Source: Bigelowiella natans CCMP2755
Taxonomy: Eukaryota; Protista; Cercozoa
Assembly: GCA_000320545.1 (NCBI GenBank)
Contig: ADNK01000763.1
Coordinates: 1 to 51,192 of the forward strand
Length of the DNA stretch: 51,192 nt
Direction: 5' to 3'
Shown: positions 1 to 14,031 of the stretch, piece by piece
How positions within the stretch are numbered: position 1 is the first letter of the stretch
Layout of the letters: each line of letters opens with the position of its first letter
Notes under the pieces: model-generated
The model's database searches: none
What the model was told of the DNA's origin: nothing
The model's input: the letters and a program-made list of their open reading frames with translations, nothing else
Made by a program: the position numbers and the translations under genes

Positions 1-35
<35 letters not shown>

Positions 36-1437
36 CCAGCAGCTAGAAATGACCCCACCTTATACTCCGTCCGCACATCCACAAGAGAATGCTTCAAGGA
101 GTCCACAAAGTCTGGAGGTATTATCGGGAGGGGGGGAGGGGTGGGTGAGGGGATGATTGTTGAGCGAAGAGGTGAGAATCTGTATCTTGGTAAACGTAGC
201 TGCTGCTGCTGGTGGTGGTGGTGCTGCTTACTGTCAATGTGAGATTTGTTGGGATCGAAATGGGTCATCTCGGCAGGCTTGATGTCCAGGTTCAAATTGA
301 CGTTCTGCGTTGGTGATAAACAACATGACGAAAGGGAACAACGACGACAAGAAGCATGCCTCAGAAGTAGTAGCAGTAGTAGCAGTTGAAGTAGTAGCTG
401 TTGTTGTTCGTCACTAGCGTATCAATACAAATAAATAAATCTATATGTGTATGCATGCTTATCCTCTCTCTCTCTCTCTCTCTCTCTCTCCCCCCACTCT
501 CTCCCTCTGTGTATTCGTGTGTGAGCCTGTGTGGATAATAACAATAATAATAATAATACCCTCCCGTTGAATAGCGCTTCCCTGACGAATTCGGAGCTCA
601 ACACAAGTTGGTCCCGATGGATGTGCTCGCACGTCCCTGGCGCTCGGAGTGTGAACGTGTCGTTCTTGAACTTGAGCCGAGGATCCTTCGACTTTCCGCA
701 TTTCTTCCTCACACTGACCGTTGTTATTATCAGTAATATCACAAGAGATTCGACTCCGATTAGTATCGAGATCCTGAGCTTCCGTGTAGGTAGGTGTGGG
801 GGTGGGGTGGGGGGGGGATTCGAATGGAGACCTTGCCAACACTTTGTCGATGACCACAGCGCCAGTGAGCTTCGAGTCGAATGGCACCGCCGTCCTGTCA
901 CCAGTCATTATTTGAGACGGGGAAGGTGGGTAAGAGAGATATAAAATATAAGATATAATCACTTATTGGAAAGAATAATAAGCCAATTTCTGGAGAAATG
1001 AGAAACAGATCCTCCTCTTCATAGTCTCTACTCTCGCTGTCTATACTCCTCTCTTCGTTAAGCGCTTCTTACTTTTTGATCGGGACGAAGGGGAACACCT
1101 CTACGATGTATACGGTCATATTTTTGTTTTCGAACAGAGACTTGGGTAGAGGCGACTGGTGCTCATACTGGCGAACGCAAGGAACATATCCAAATCAGCC
1201 CATGTGACGTTAAAGCATGCATCCATAGATCTCTATCGAAATGAACAAATTTGGTATTCGTCACCGAGGGTACAAGCCACGGGAAGTCATCTTCCTTCGT
1301 TTCTCGTTTACGCTTCAATGCTGTCGCTTGGTAATGTTGCACAGCGTGATTATTGTAATCCCAGTCGCTCTCAGGGCGATCCTTCAAACGCAACAGAGGA
1401 TTAAATTCGAACAATGTGGAGATCATACACGCACACA

Positions 1438-1476
<39 letters not shown>

Positions 1477-1813
1477 TATTAATAACAATATACAAATATA
1501 TTAAAGAGGTAACTACCAGAAGTAGGCGAATCGAATTATCGGCCATATTTTTGACAATATCTTGCAGTTCATCCAACTGAGCGGAGATGACGTCTACCAC
1601 AGCACTTGCCCTCGGGGCTAAGAGCATCGTTGCCTGTCCAATTCTAGCCAGCCTTGCGCGCATGATGGCTATATTCGATATGATGTTGGTGGTTACAGAA
1701 GATCGTCTGTTATCCGGGATACCGGGGGAAGGAGCTCGCTTGTGTTCGCCATTCGGAAGACTGTTTCCATGTCCATCCGAGTTCAAAATTGATGCCTTGA
1801 TGTCTGACGCCAT
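1..1813 (-). CDS. Multi-exon hypothetical protein; 3' end probably beyond the left edge of the window
   Basis: ATG at 1813 opens a long first exon (MASDIKASILNSDGHGNSLPNGEHKRAPSPG...). Further GT-AG-bounded open segments (IMTGDRTAVPFDSKLTGAVVIDK; NVNLNLDIKPAEMTHFDPNKSHID; FVDSLKHSLVDVRTEYK) are separated by SSR-containing introns. No family recognised. Confidence 0.55.
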
Positions 1814-2819
1814 CGTGGCTGATCGGGAAAAATAAGGTCCTTTATCTCAGTGCTTTGCGAAAGCGTTCCTCGATACTTTCTAGCAATAATATTGTAATCG
1901 CACTGCTAGCAAATCCCGACCGTATTAGTCGCAGATGTGGTAGGTAGGATGTGGATGCGAAATGAAAAGAGTCACCTCGATCTAGACTACAACCGCAAGG
2001 TAGCTAACCAAGTTAGGCAATTTTATTTTTCGCTGGATAAGATCCCTCAGGGCTCCTCCTGCGACAGTGGGTCCAATGGATATGTCAAACACAAGTCAAA
2101 AAAGTGATGGGAGTAACATCACGTGTGAGTAGATCTTTTGAGTTTCGCCTCGTAGGAATCAAATTTCAAATAGCCCCATCTAGGGATCAATGTTTTCCGT
2201 TCCCGTTTTGTGGGTTCAATTTAAGAAGAGGGATGTCACCAGGGCACTAAGGGAAGTTTGGGGGGGGGGGAAGAATCTTACTCGGCCGCCCTAGGATTAA
2301 CTCCTTTGGCGTTCAGATTTTATTGAGTGAACCAGGAAATACAGTGCGTTTTTACAAAAACTACCGCAAATCTCCAGTCTTAGCACACAATCCATCACCC
2401 GCCGACCCGGCCGGAAACCGATGTATTTCGAGAAAACGACATGCAAGCTCAAGCGTCTCTATGCCTGAGAAACACAGGCACATTAAAGAGAAAACACTGT
2501 GCGTTTCCCACGTGCGACATAAAATTTCTTGCTCCTCAGATAAGCTTATCAGGGAACTCATCGGAGGAGTCGTGCGTGCACCGGCAACTTACACTTCGCT
2601 CCGCCCCGTGGCCACATCCGAAGGACCAGCAGCATTGGTAGATCGAGCCCCCGAAACGCCTCGGCATAGGTGAGCCTTATCATGATCTGAAAAATAAGAA
2701 ATGGACGAATGACGAGACTATGGGCGGTGGATGATGTGAATAGGAAGAGGAAATAGGGCGCGGGCGCGACGATACGTTCAAGACGTCTTTCGCTTATTTC
2801 CAACTGAAACCCTACAAAG

Positions 2820-3536
2820 ATGTACAAGCGTCTGAAGGCCCATGCGTCAATATATTTAACTGCTGAGGAACTTGGAGTCTCCGACTATGAGGACGAAGAT
2901 GGAGAAGATTTTCCGGGAGGAGAGGGGCTCATGGGGGATCTAGGGCCTCAAGTTTACGGGCTCGATGAGGACGAAGATGAAGAGGATGATGTCCCTCGGA
3001 GAATGGTAATTTTAACGACATCTAGTTAAGCATGCTTATTCGTGCATCATTCATGTTACCTGTAAGAAAACTAAGTTGCTCGAAAGAAGTTGTTGATCGT
3101 TATCAGCACCTTGCGTCTCTCGTTTTGCATTCATCTCTTACCTCAATCTGCCCGATAAGGTGTGATCCTCAGCCCCCTAACAACAACACCCCTGTAGATG
3201 TGCCGGATATGTCCCGAAAAGCTGTTAAATTCTGAGCAGGACGTGGAGAAACACCTGAACTCCCTTGTAAGGACACCACACCGATTTATTAAAAATTGAC
3301 GGCAGTGAAGAGATTAAGATGTTCGCAACGCAATATTACGCAATCTTCTCCTAACCGTAGGGCCATCTCAAGTCCATGAAATCTTACCTCAAAATAGTCC
3401 GTGAGGGTGAAGAGAAGGTCTTGAAATCATCCTGTCGCCCAATCCCGCCTGATGCGTCGATACTGTGTGCAACGTGCAGGAGGCAGTGGAAAGGGAAATA
3501 ACAGAGCTCGAGGTATCCTCAACCCAAAGCACATAT

Positions 3537-3581
<45 letters not shown>

Positions 3582-4194
3582 TGCACTACGAATAACATAG
3601 CATAACTGCCCCATCATCATTAGGAAAAGCTTTCGGAGAAGTGGAAAAATTCCAAGGGGACGGCAACAAGTGGGCAAAAGAAGAAGAAGAAGAAAAAGAA
3701 GAAGAAGAAGAAGAAAACGAAGTCGGAAGACGAAACAGAAGGAGAACAACCGAGGAAAAAGGTATTGGTGCGACACCCTGGATGCTTGCCAGGACCACTG
3801 AAAAACTCAAAATGCACCACATTTACAATGATATAGAAACAAAGGAGGGAGAAGAAGAAAAATGGGGGCGCTGACGACGATGAGAAAGATGCAACGAATA
3901 CGAAGAAGAAAAGGTAACCCAAAAATGCTAATACATGCTGGCCATTCACACCTACTTGTCCGTGCCTGCAGAAAACGGAAAGGAAAAAATACTCGCATGC
4001 GTGAGCGGAAAGAGAGAGAAGAAGCAAATAAAAGGCGGAAAACAAATCCTGATGACGATGCTGGCGAAGAAACGATTAGAAGCGTTGAAAAAAAGAAACA
4101 GCCTAAAGTGAAAAGAGCAAAAAAGAAAAAGACAACAAAGGGAGCGAAGCAGCAGCAGCGGCAGAAAACAGGGTCAAATAAGAAGGGGAAATGA
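2820..4194 (+). CDS. Low-complexity protein with acidic N-terminus and Lys/Arg-rich C-terminus (possibly nuclear/nucleolar); true start uncertain, may lie upstream
   Basis: Spliced exons: ELGVSDYEDEDGEDFPGG...DEDEDEEDDVPRRM / GHLKSMKSYLKIVREGEEK / EAVEREITELE / EKLSEKWKNSKGTATSGQ(K)n...PRKK / KQRREKKKNGGADDDEK / KRKGKNTRMRERKERE...GSNKKGK*. Stop at 4192-4194. Confidence 0.6.
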
Positions 4195-4700
4195 AGCGCA
4201 ACTCGGGTCATTATTATTGTGCACGTATGCACTCATAAATGTTACTTTATGCAAACTAAAAACATCATCGGAAAGCTCGGGCTCGCTTCCACGAGGTTTG
4301 CATACTATATAATGCAACATACATACAACGCAAACACGCATAGCTTGCAGATATATGGTGCAGTAGCTAGCTAGCGTGACAAAGAGTATTGCACGCGCAA
4401 TATCCGTCTTATTAAATATTAGTTCCGATGATGATTGCGATCCGCAGACTGACTGGGTACCGGTAACCACCATGCATGTGCAAGCTAGCAAGGTACAGAT
4501 GTGCGCCATCGATCGTATCAATCATGATCGCGACTGCAATATGAAGCGGCGGGGAAGGCTGCCATGTGTGAGCCGGCTACTAGTGTTATCACGATGCTCT
4601 AGCTATACATTAGCACTACTTTTCTTATGTCATCTAGATTATATGTATACGCTCTAGGCGCGATGAGGACCGTATGCTGGTAGTCACCTAGCATAACATT
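4195..4700. repeat. GCTAGC/CATG-rich tract between convergent gene ends
   Basis: gtagctagctagc, catgcatgtg, and CAAGCTAGCAAG at 4481-4492. Confidence 0.45.
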
Positions 4701-5189
4701 ATAGCTTCTTTATGCATACACTATATTGCTCAATATCATTTTTTCAGAAGGCTGTTGTGTTGATCGGGTGCTTACAATTTATTCCTAAATTATACTTTTC
4801 AAGCAAACTGCATGCGGCATCTGGAATGGAGTCGGCCGGGGACCGGTCGATTCGATATCAGAGCACATGATGTGGTTGTAAAATAAAGAAACGCGTCAGA
4901 GTGCGTTTTAAATTAAATATTCACTCATTTTCGAGGAAAGATAATGCTATATTTTGCCTGTGTAGATCGAACTTCAGGGGGCGCTGAAATCAACGTGTTA
5001 AACCTTCTCTTGGCGATATGCACGACCAGTCTTTCACACACCTCTCTGAAAGGCGAAGAATTTCCCCTTCTACTGTGAAAGCACGCTGCTACTGTGCAAG
5101 CGCACTACGTGGTCTCTATCTGCCTCGATCGCAGAAGAGGTAAAAATTGTCCTACGCCTTTCTTCCTATCATTATTTTTCTCTTTTTCC

Positions 5190-5460
5190 CTACATTGCTG
5201 CCGCAACCGTCTCCTCGGAAGACGGAGCGTTCACAGCGGGAGACGATGATGACGACGACGACGACGACGACGAGGACGGTTTATTATCCTGATACTGTCT
5301 TGGTGACACCTTGCACCACAATCCGTTGCGCGTGTGTATGGTGGCCCCTGTGTTCGTTCCCACCTGGAGAAGAAAAAGAAGGCAAAAAAGAAAGAAAAAT
5401 AAGAAAACGACGACGGGAGGCGTCAGAACCCAGGAGTACCAAGTAGCAACACATTAAAAG

Positions 5461-5506
<46 letters not shown>

Positions 5507-6396
5507 CATATAGTCTCTGTCATCACGAATGGTCGATGTTACATTGCCTACGGGGATGGGGAGAATTACTACCATCGACGGCTCGCTGGTTGGCGCTGTG
5601 AAGTCAAAGTCATACCTCCGAAGTATCATAGCGAGGGCCACAGTTGCCTGCACCAATAAAATCACCGCACACACAAGAAGGAGGGGGGGGGGGGGGGGGG
5701 AGAGTTTCAGAGCAATCCCTGCGGATCCAAACTGCTGCACCCTCCGCCTTGGCGCACATTGATTGTTTAAAAATAGATGAAGAATAAAAGGCACCTCGAG
5801 CATGGCGAACACGTCCCCGACGCATTTACGACTCCCGCCCCCAAATGGTATGTAGGCAAAGTCCGTGGAGTCCTCGGTCGGATATAATCTGGGATGGGGG
5901 GCGAGAGGGGGGGGTGAGCATTATTTTCGAGAGCATTGCTTGCGCCGGTACGCACTACTGCTGCTTCTTTGGCGTTTTTCCGTATACGAGTAGTACCTTC
6001 CCTTCCAAAGCTTAGGATCGTACCCTTTCCAATACGGCGCTGCTTCTGGGTTCTAATAGTAATAGCAGGAGATAGAGAGAGGAGGGGGGGGGGGGGGGAG
6101 ACGGAGGAGGGGGGGCGTTATGGGAAAACTCACGGAACATGTTATAAACAAAAGTCTGTTGCTTCTCCTCTTCCTCCTCCTCCTCCTCCTCCTCCTTCCC
6201 GATATCGTTATTTTTAAATTATCAAGGTGTGTCTATTATTACTATTATTGCCATTATCATTTATTATTATGGTTGTTGTTGTTGTTGTTGTTGTTGTTGT
6301 ACCTTAAACGGTTTGAAGAACCTTTCTGGGTTGAACCTATCTGGTTCCTCCCAAAACTGGTGGTACAGAGAAGCGCAAGCAACCCAGTTATTTTTC

Positions 6397-6436
<40 letters not shown>

Positions 6437-7651
6437 TGCAATTTCGTGAGGGGGGAGAGAATGGAAGCGGTATATTGGCTGGTGCTATTTACCGTACACA
6501 TTCTTCATACAACAACAACGACGACTACTACCACTACCGCTGCTACATTTCCTACTAACTACCAGTGGTGAGCGATGAAGGTTATACGAGGAGATGAAAA
6601 TATCAGCGCCTGTTCAGACGTAGCATACACAACAACAACAACAACAACAACAACAAACACGACTCAGTGAGAGGAATAAACGAGTGGTTTCTTCTTCGTC
6701 TCCCCCCCCCCCCTCTCGAACGAAGGTGTTCACAATTCTCGATCGCATGATACCTCGCGGCAATTTGGTCTCCTGCTCTGCCCCACCCTTCGGCAGCACC
6801 TGCAGCAAAACACCACGACATATCACATGATATTCGATAAATACACGTGCTAAGAGAAGCAAGAAAGCAACAACGCGTACCGTCGTGGCGCATGCTTACG
6901 ATGCGCGAATACTTAGGCTGTTTGCTCCTCACACTCTCTCTCTCTCTCTCTCTCTCTCACTCACTCACCGTCTCCTCCAGCGCTCTACGGATAAGCAGCG
7001 GCGGTTCTGGGTACATCCGCAGTGATTCTGCGATTGTAACGCGGACGAGGGGCATGTTCACGATGTCTTCGTAGGTCGGCGCGCGGTCGCCGATGACCTC
7101 ATCCACCTTTTCGGATAGTAGGTGTCAATCAATAGATGGCTTTTTTCAGTACGTGTCAATGCATACATGGAGATCTTACTATGAATTGGGAAGGGGAAAA
7201 AATAAATAGGGAATGATTTTCTATCCCCCCCGTTTCTCGAAGTCTCGTTGAGGCAGCTGGCAAGCGAGCGAGAAAGGAGGGGAGAGGAGTGGAGAGGGGG
7301 ATAAGAAGCGACGACCTCTTTCCGGATCTTCTGAAGCAGTTCTGGTTGCTGCATCAGCTCAAAGAGTGCCCATGTCAGCGCAGACGCCGTAGTTTCGTGG
7401 CCTGAGGAGCAGGAGCAGGAGCAGGAGGAGGAGGAGGAGGAGGAGGAGGAGGAGGAGGAGGGAGGGAGGGAGGGAGGGATGATGGTCAGAGATAGACTGA
7501 GGAAGGAAAAAGGTGCATCATCGTGGAAATAATTAATAGCATCGAGGGGGAAAGAGCACGGCGCGAGCGCTCATATTACGAAAGGACCCTCCTTTGCCCA
7601 CCCTTCAATTTTAACTGAGATTGATCGATGTGATTGTGCGTGTGTGTGCGT

Positions 7652-7720
<69 letters not shown>

Positions 7721-8113
7721 CGTGCGTGTGCTCTGGTGACCTGCAATGAGCATCGTCATTAGGTCGTCTCTCAGCTGCCGTGAGGAGGTAGGCTCATCAC
7801 GCATATCAACCAAGAACCTTAGGAGATGGAACGGTGATTAGATCGATCATCACAAACGGGGAACTCAATTATCATCACTCTATCTTGCCTCTCCATCTTA
7901 CCGCAATAGCGAAGGATTTTCCATTGCATTGTAGTCCCTATTTTCTATGGTCTCCAGATCTGCCTCGTCCCTGCTGCTCAGCGCAGCTAAATATAAACAG
8001 TCCTCAGCATCGCAATTTACATCAACACGCTCAAAAAGAAGTGTTGGGTGCAAAGAGAATAAGCATGTGATAACTAGCTTCGCTTGTAGATCGCTACACG
8101 AGAGCTGCCCGTC

Positions 8114-8153
<40 letters not shown>

Positions 8154-8298
8154 TGTGGCGATCGCTCGGAGTCTCTCAAACCCATGCACACGAATGAAGC
8201 AAGCAAAAATCCCACCTTCTATAGCGGTGTCGAGCTTTTCGTTCATGAGTGCCATGTTACTAGCGAACGCACGCTGTCTTGGGATCAAACGGTCTGCG

Positions 8299-8336
<38 letters not shown>

Positions 8337-9209
8337 CACGATGGTGATGGTGATGAGTACTATGAGAGTTGTTTCTCTACTCACGTTTGGTTTCAGTGGA
8401 AAGGCCACTATGTGTGACTGTTTGAGTGGGCGGGCATGAGGTTGGCGATTTTATTTTTCTTCCCCTTCATATGCATGATAATTACCCGCTAACGGCAGCT
8501 TCCAATATGGGAGGGGGATCATCGATCGATGCTCAGCCTAAGTCGTGTGTGGGAGGATGAGAATGAGTAGGAAGTGAGGGGGGGGGGGGGGGAGGAGGGA
8601 GAGGGGCCGACCGCGGCAGCCGGTGAAATCATCACAGAAATGGCAAGACGAAAAAGAGTGAGGGATTTTCCAGCTCAACAAGTAGTACATGCGACGCGTA
8701 GGGGAGGGGAGGGGGATGGCGGCGTTGTGCTGCTTGTGTTTACCTCTCTGAGTGTGTCGATCGCAGCCTTGACAACAGGCGATGTTTTCTGGGTTGATTC
8801 AAACTCGTAGTTGAACACCTGGGAGGAGGAGTAGTAGTGGAGTGGAGATAATAGTAGTAGTGGTAGTAGTAGCGGTGAGTTGAAGATAGACACACACGAA
8901 GACAGACAGGCAGACGCACAACGTGATGATCGTGCGCGATGAAGAGTGCTTCTTAGGGGTGTTACGAAGAATATTGACACATGTCTGTTAGAAGCAAGTG
9001 TCATCATCTTCTTTTACCGCTTTTCCAATAATGTCCAGGGCAACACTTCCAAATCTTTCTTCCATGTCGCGCGGTTCCCCTGACACGATGATTTTGGTAA
9101 ATTGGTGAGGAAGTATTGAGTATTGTAAGGAGCGCACAGGTCAATGTCAGAAATGAAACATCCCCGGGGGGGGGGGAACATGCATAATTTCGACTATGTT
9201 GTTTCTGTC

Positions 9210-9245
<36 letters not shown>

Positions 9246-11898
9246 CGTGTTATCATTTGCTTCGTACCCGTTGTGGCGGCAACGTCGAGGTCCTCGATGA
9301 GGGTACTTGAGGCACTGACAACACCACCACCATAATCGTAATTGAGTGGCGGACAACGAAGGTTCGATTTGGGATCAGGGAGAGAGGGGGGGACAAATTC
9401 CGATTTTCACGGACAAGAAGACGTATGGGATAATGGTGTGGGGTCCATTGCGCATCATTGCTTCGGAGTATCATCTTGATGTTTTTCTCTATGTTTCTTG
9501 TTTTACCGTCCGAAGACCGAGATCATTCCATCAAGCCAGCGCTTGTGGAACCCAGGAACGATAGCCCTCCTTCGTGGGGGGGGGAAGAACAACAAAGTAA
9601 TGTATTAGCGGAAGGAAAGATATACGCTATCGACCTTTGAAGTAGCTGGTGAATAGGAAACGTGACTGCCACCGCACGTTGTGTGCGTATTGTGTTTGCT
9701 GCTTCTGTGCATGTGCATGTGCATTGTGTGCATGTTCGGATATTACCTCCTCTGCTTCCATATGACTGGGTCTGCGGGGATGAGGCCTTTTCCCATAATA
9801 TCCTCCAATATTTCAGCCAAAACCCCTTTGTCATATGCCGTTGGCGGAGACCTTCCAATGTGATGTTGGGAGGAGGAGGAGGAGTAGGAGGGGGGGGGGG
9901 TTGGTAGTGGTGGTAGAGGAAAAGGAGAGGACGAATCAGATGATGGTAATGCAATCAGACAAAAAGTTGCACAGCAGCGTGAGCTGTGGTGTCGCTTCAT
10001 AATAAAATAGAGGGGAAGTAGTAGGGTCGTCGTGTACACATTACTTGAGGATCTCCTTCGTAATGACGGGATCAGAAACAACGATGAAAGACCTGATGGT
10101 TAGGAAAAGGGGGAAGATTTAGGTTGGGGCCTTCTTCGCAATGCTAACCACTGAAATGTCAAGAAGCGATTACTTTGGGCCAAAGCAGAGCTTATAGATA
10201 GGCCCGAACTCTTGCTGGAAGGCGTTTAGGGCCAAGTACATCGTTCCATCCGTCAGTCCTACACGATAGTCAGCAGCAGAATGATTGGTTGATTGACAGT
10301 TTGGACACTATTCACAGTAGGACAATAAGTTAATCGCAGCCAAGATGGCAAGCACGATCTCATCAGGGAGCAGCTGGTATTTTGACGGAGGACGGTGAGA
10401 TGTTAATGCAGCTCTTCTGTACTCACCGTCGAGACTTCCAGTAGCGATTGGAGTACCGTCTTTTGAGGGATATCCTCCGTATATCTTTAAGAAAAGATCA
10501 GTGTTAGAAATCGCCATCAAGCATCTGGGAGAGAGTAGAAAAAGAGGGGAAAGGGAGGAAGGGGGGACAGCTCCTTCGCATCGAAGAGACCTCTTCAATG
10601 TTAGCCTTGAAGATTTGCATCGTATCTCCCAGCCTCAGCTTCTCCCTTTATGAGAGAACAACGAGCCAGATGGTGGTCAGTGTCTTGCCATTCGTCATCA
10701 CACATACACTGACGACTGACGTTGTCGGAGCACTTGTAGTATATACGACGACGACAAACAACCATGGCATGCATCATTTCGTCTTTTACCCTGGCTTGCC
10801 TGGTTGTGTGAAAGGTAATTTCCAAAAATAGTTCCACCTATGTCGAGAATTGTCAAGGATGTATTCCAGTGAGCCCTTTGAATATGCATTGCATGCTAGT
10901 GTATTGTACGGCGTTCATGAATATACCAGAACGGTAGCCCGGCTTGATCTTGTTTTCCGTACACATTGAACAACTTTGTTTCAGCCGACAAACTGTTGCA
11001 TCATCAGACAATAGGATTAGATACGGAAGGATATATCGATTTACTTATCGATATAATTTCAACCTTGCTCCAGAAGTTCCGTTTGCTACTTTGAAAGTCT
11101 TATAATCAGTAGCATCCTGAAATGCAGCACACAACACGTAATTATCGTTATTGGTATTACATTTTTGCAAAGTGTGCCATTATACAACAAATCAAATACC
11201 GCAATACGTTGAAGGTTGACAGCACAGTTCTAATTCGCTAACGTTTCTCTTATACGAAAGGATGTACCCTACCTTTAGGAAGACGTTAGGCGGTGTTGCA
11301 GATTCTAACGACGATGTTCGCGGAACAACGGCTTTGTTTCTAGGATTACGTGGTGGCTCATTCAATCCAATTCCTCCTATCACTCGGTATGCTGCTCGTG
11401 TTAAAACAGAGCGGGAAGAGGAGAAGCGTGCAGTCGCAGGACGAAAAGAGGCAACAGATTCCAATCTGATGTTCACAACACATGTCAATTAATGCCACTT
11501 TATCCGAAAGTGACAGTGAAATCTTATAACATTAGTGTTTTTGGGGGAGGAGGGGCGTGTTGAAGTAGACACGTGCCGATGGTCATCAATCCATTATCCA
11601 CATCTACTTTCTTTTACCACCCAAACATGAAATGATGGAGCACATCATTCAAGACGGGGGGGGTTATGTATTTGCACTTGGATGTCAAATAAAACAGATG
11701 TAAAAAGTTTGGCAACGACGTCTCATCCAAACTCGTTCACGCCACACATACCCATCACAAGTCTAAACAAACGGTGAAGAACAACCTGGGCGTACGGGGG
11801 ATTCCCACAGCCAGAAAGAGAATGACAGAGGCAGCCACCACTAGAAATACTTTGTAGTGGGGTCTCGTCCTCTTAGGGCGGGCGAGGAGGGGGGCCAT
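5190..11898 (-). CDS. CYP97: Cytochrome P450 of the CYP97 family (carotenoid ring hydroxylase) with bipartite plastid-targeting leader; more than 20 exons
   Basis: Spliced motifs: [20 protein letters not shown]; [38 protein letters not shown]; [16 protein letters not shown]; I-helix [17 protein letters not shown]; K-helix [10 protein letters not shown]; FNPERF; haem motif [17 protein letters not shown] (~5815-5865); [15 protein letters not shown]; stop TAG at 5190-5192. Exon 1 (11786-11898) reads [34 protein letters not shown] (signal peptide). Confidence 0.93.
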
Positions 11899-12589
11899 AG
11901 TAGGTGTCAACGCCGTTGTGGACGAGAGACGCTCTTTGACTATGTCGCTCTACTCCGTGATCATGGCAAGAAATAGCACCCAGAACATCTTGTGCACACA
12001 GATCCTCGAATGCAACCATGACAACATAACTAACTACGGTTCGACCACCCCTGTCGTACTTTCAACTTACTCTACGTCCAACAGGGACTCAGTTTAGAAG
12101 AAATAAAGGTAGTTTTCGGGAACATGCCGCCTATGTAGATTGTCGCATGTCGGAATTAGCATCAATTTCTGTGGAGCTCCGGCCCATTAGTTCCTGCGGC
12201 CTGAAGTTTTGAGTGGATAGTCTTATTTCGTCGGGAGAACTCAAGAATTGAGTGAAATATCCTGTTTTAGGCCCCTACGTCTATGGAGTTCCTCAGACGC
12301 AGATTAAAATCATGTCAGTCGAAATCAACCGTCTAATAGTGTGCTGGAAATCTCCTGAAGGCAAGGTCACAAGAGAAGTCGCCGCTCTTACGTGGCGATG
12401 AGGGGATGAATCTTGCCATTTTTGTGAAAAATCCGAACAAACATCCAGGAATTTCCATTTTCATTTGAGCAACTAGGAGAACTAGGAGAACTGCAAGCAA
12501 CATTTTCATTCGGTTGGCTACGAGGGCTTCGTCTTCTTTTTTCTTTCTTCCATCGAATCCAGTTTGTTCTCACTTGGAGCATGTCACCT

Positions 12590-14030
12590 CTCTCTAGCTC
12601 TAGACCTTGTTGGCATGCCAGCATGGCGTGTCATGCCAAGCTAGCAAGTGAACGAATCTTGAAGTTTGAACCTCTGCACAGTTCTCTGTGATGCAGTTCC
12701 TTTCACAGCGAAACTGTTCTTCCTTTTTTCACCTGCAGCACAGCTAGACAGGTGGTCAGTTGGTTCACACTCGCCTGCTTTCGGTCAGTTTTTTGAGACC
12801 TCGCACCAAAGCGTGGCCAGTTTTTTTCTTTCACCTTGCTTGAGGCGTGTCTTCACGTCAGCAGCGCCAGAGCGCTCCAGCCTAGCAGCGCTGAGCGTGC
12901 AGTCTGGTGGCTGGCAGTGCACCTGCTAGCCTGTGTTGAGTGTCAAGTGTGCTGTGATCAACGTTTCACTGTTTCAACGTTTCTTGTGCTTCTTTTGCGT
13001 CGGTTCGCCGCCGGATCGTCCACAAGTGTCCTTTGCTGTGATGGTCCTCCGTTCCGCACCAGCACTGCCATGCAAGACTGCTGGACAGGAAGTGGTGCTG
13101 ACTGCTGGACCAGTGCTGGACCAGTCCAGCAGTCAGCACCACTTCCCAGCTTTGCACGAACGTCTGGGTCGTCTGGTCAGCTGGACGTTGATTGACACAG
13201 AAGAAGCAACATTGTTGCACGCTGGCACGAGTGCAGCGCAGCGCAGCGCTGTGCCGGCTAGCTAGCTAGCTAGCTAGCTAGCTAGCTAGCTAGCCAGTCC
13301 AGCAGCAAGGGCAATCTGGCAAGCTAGTAAGCTAGCAAGGCTGGCATGCTGGCATGCGCCAAACACAAACGCGCACTGCCATGCTAGTCTGCTGGACTGA
13401 CAGGCTAGCAGGCCGTGCCTGTGCCGATGAGGCCTGATCGAGCTAGCTAGCTAGCTAGCTAGCTGGCTAGCTGGTGCGCGACTCATCTAGTCATGCCAGC
13501 ATGGTTCTGGAGTCCGACATGCTAGCATGTATGCTCCAATGCAACGTGAGCTAGTGAGCAATTGTGGACACAGCAATGTTGCAATGGCACACTGCACATC
13601 ACATGCTGGCATATGTGATGCATCATGGACACAGCAATGGCACATGCATGATGCATGTGCCATTGCTGCATGTGACATCACATGTCCATCATGGCAACAA
13701 CAGCATGCACAAATGAGAACTCACAAGCTAAGTGTTCTAGTGTTGGTACGGTTCTTGCATGTGCGAGCCGCTGCTGTTTATTAGCTGTGCAATTGCGCAA
13801 CGCACATCCACATTGCTACCACATGCACAGATTGAGAGGCTTGCTAGCTTGCTGCGAGGCGAAATGTTCACTCACTTTGATGCGGTCAATTCATCGCCAA
13901 AACCAACATTCCAACATCCATGCGCAGGGGTGGGAATTTTTGGACTGTGTGGGATGCTCAACAATGATCCTCATCTAGCAATTTGGTTGATCAGCTGCAC
14001 TTGATTTCATCTGAGATTGTGCATTGCTGT
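12590..14030. repeat. GCTAGC/CATG/TGCA-rich intergenic tract with (GCTA)n arrays and a 23-bp perfect inverted repeat; possible decayed transposon
   Basis: (GCTA)9 at 13257-13292 and a shorter array at 13441-13470; hairpin arms at 13088-13110 and 13124-13146. ORFs here are Cys/His/Met-rich and have no recognisable domain. Confidence 0.6.
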
Positions 14031-14031
14031 G

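Noticed and set aside
1814-2819. Search for tRNA/snRNA/rRNA here and at 4700-5190; ORF 2323-2673
   Set aside because: No recognisable RNA-gene structure by eye. The ORF may be an upstream exon of the Lys-rich gene, but I could not join it in frame.
12590-14030. Cys/His-rich ORFs read as metallothionein-like or transposase genes; repeats read as a CRISPR array
   Set aside because: The amino-acid bias follows from TGCA/CATG words. There are no transposase or RT motifs and no regular repeat-spacer structure.
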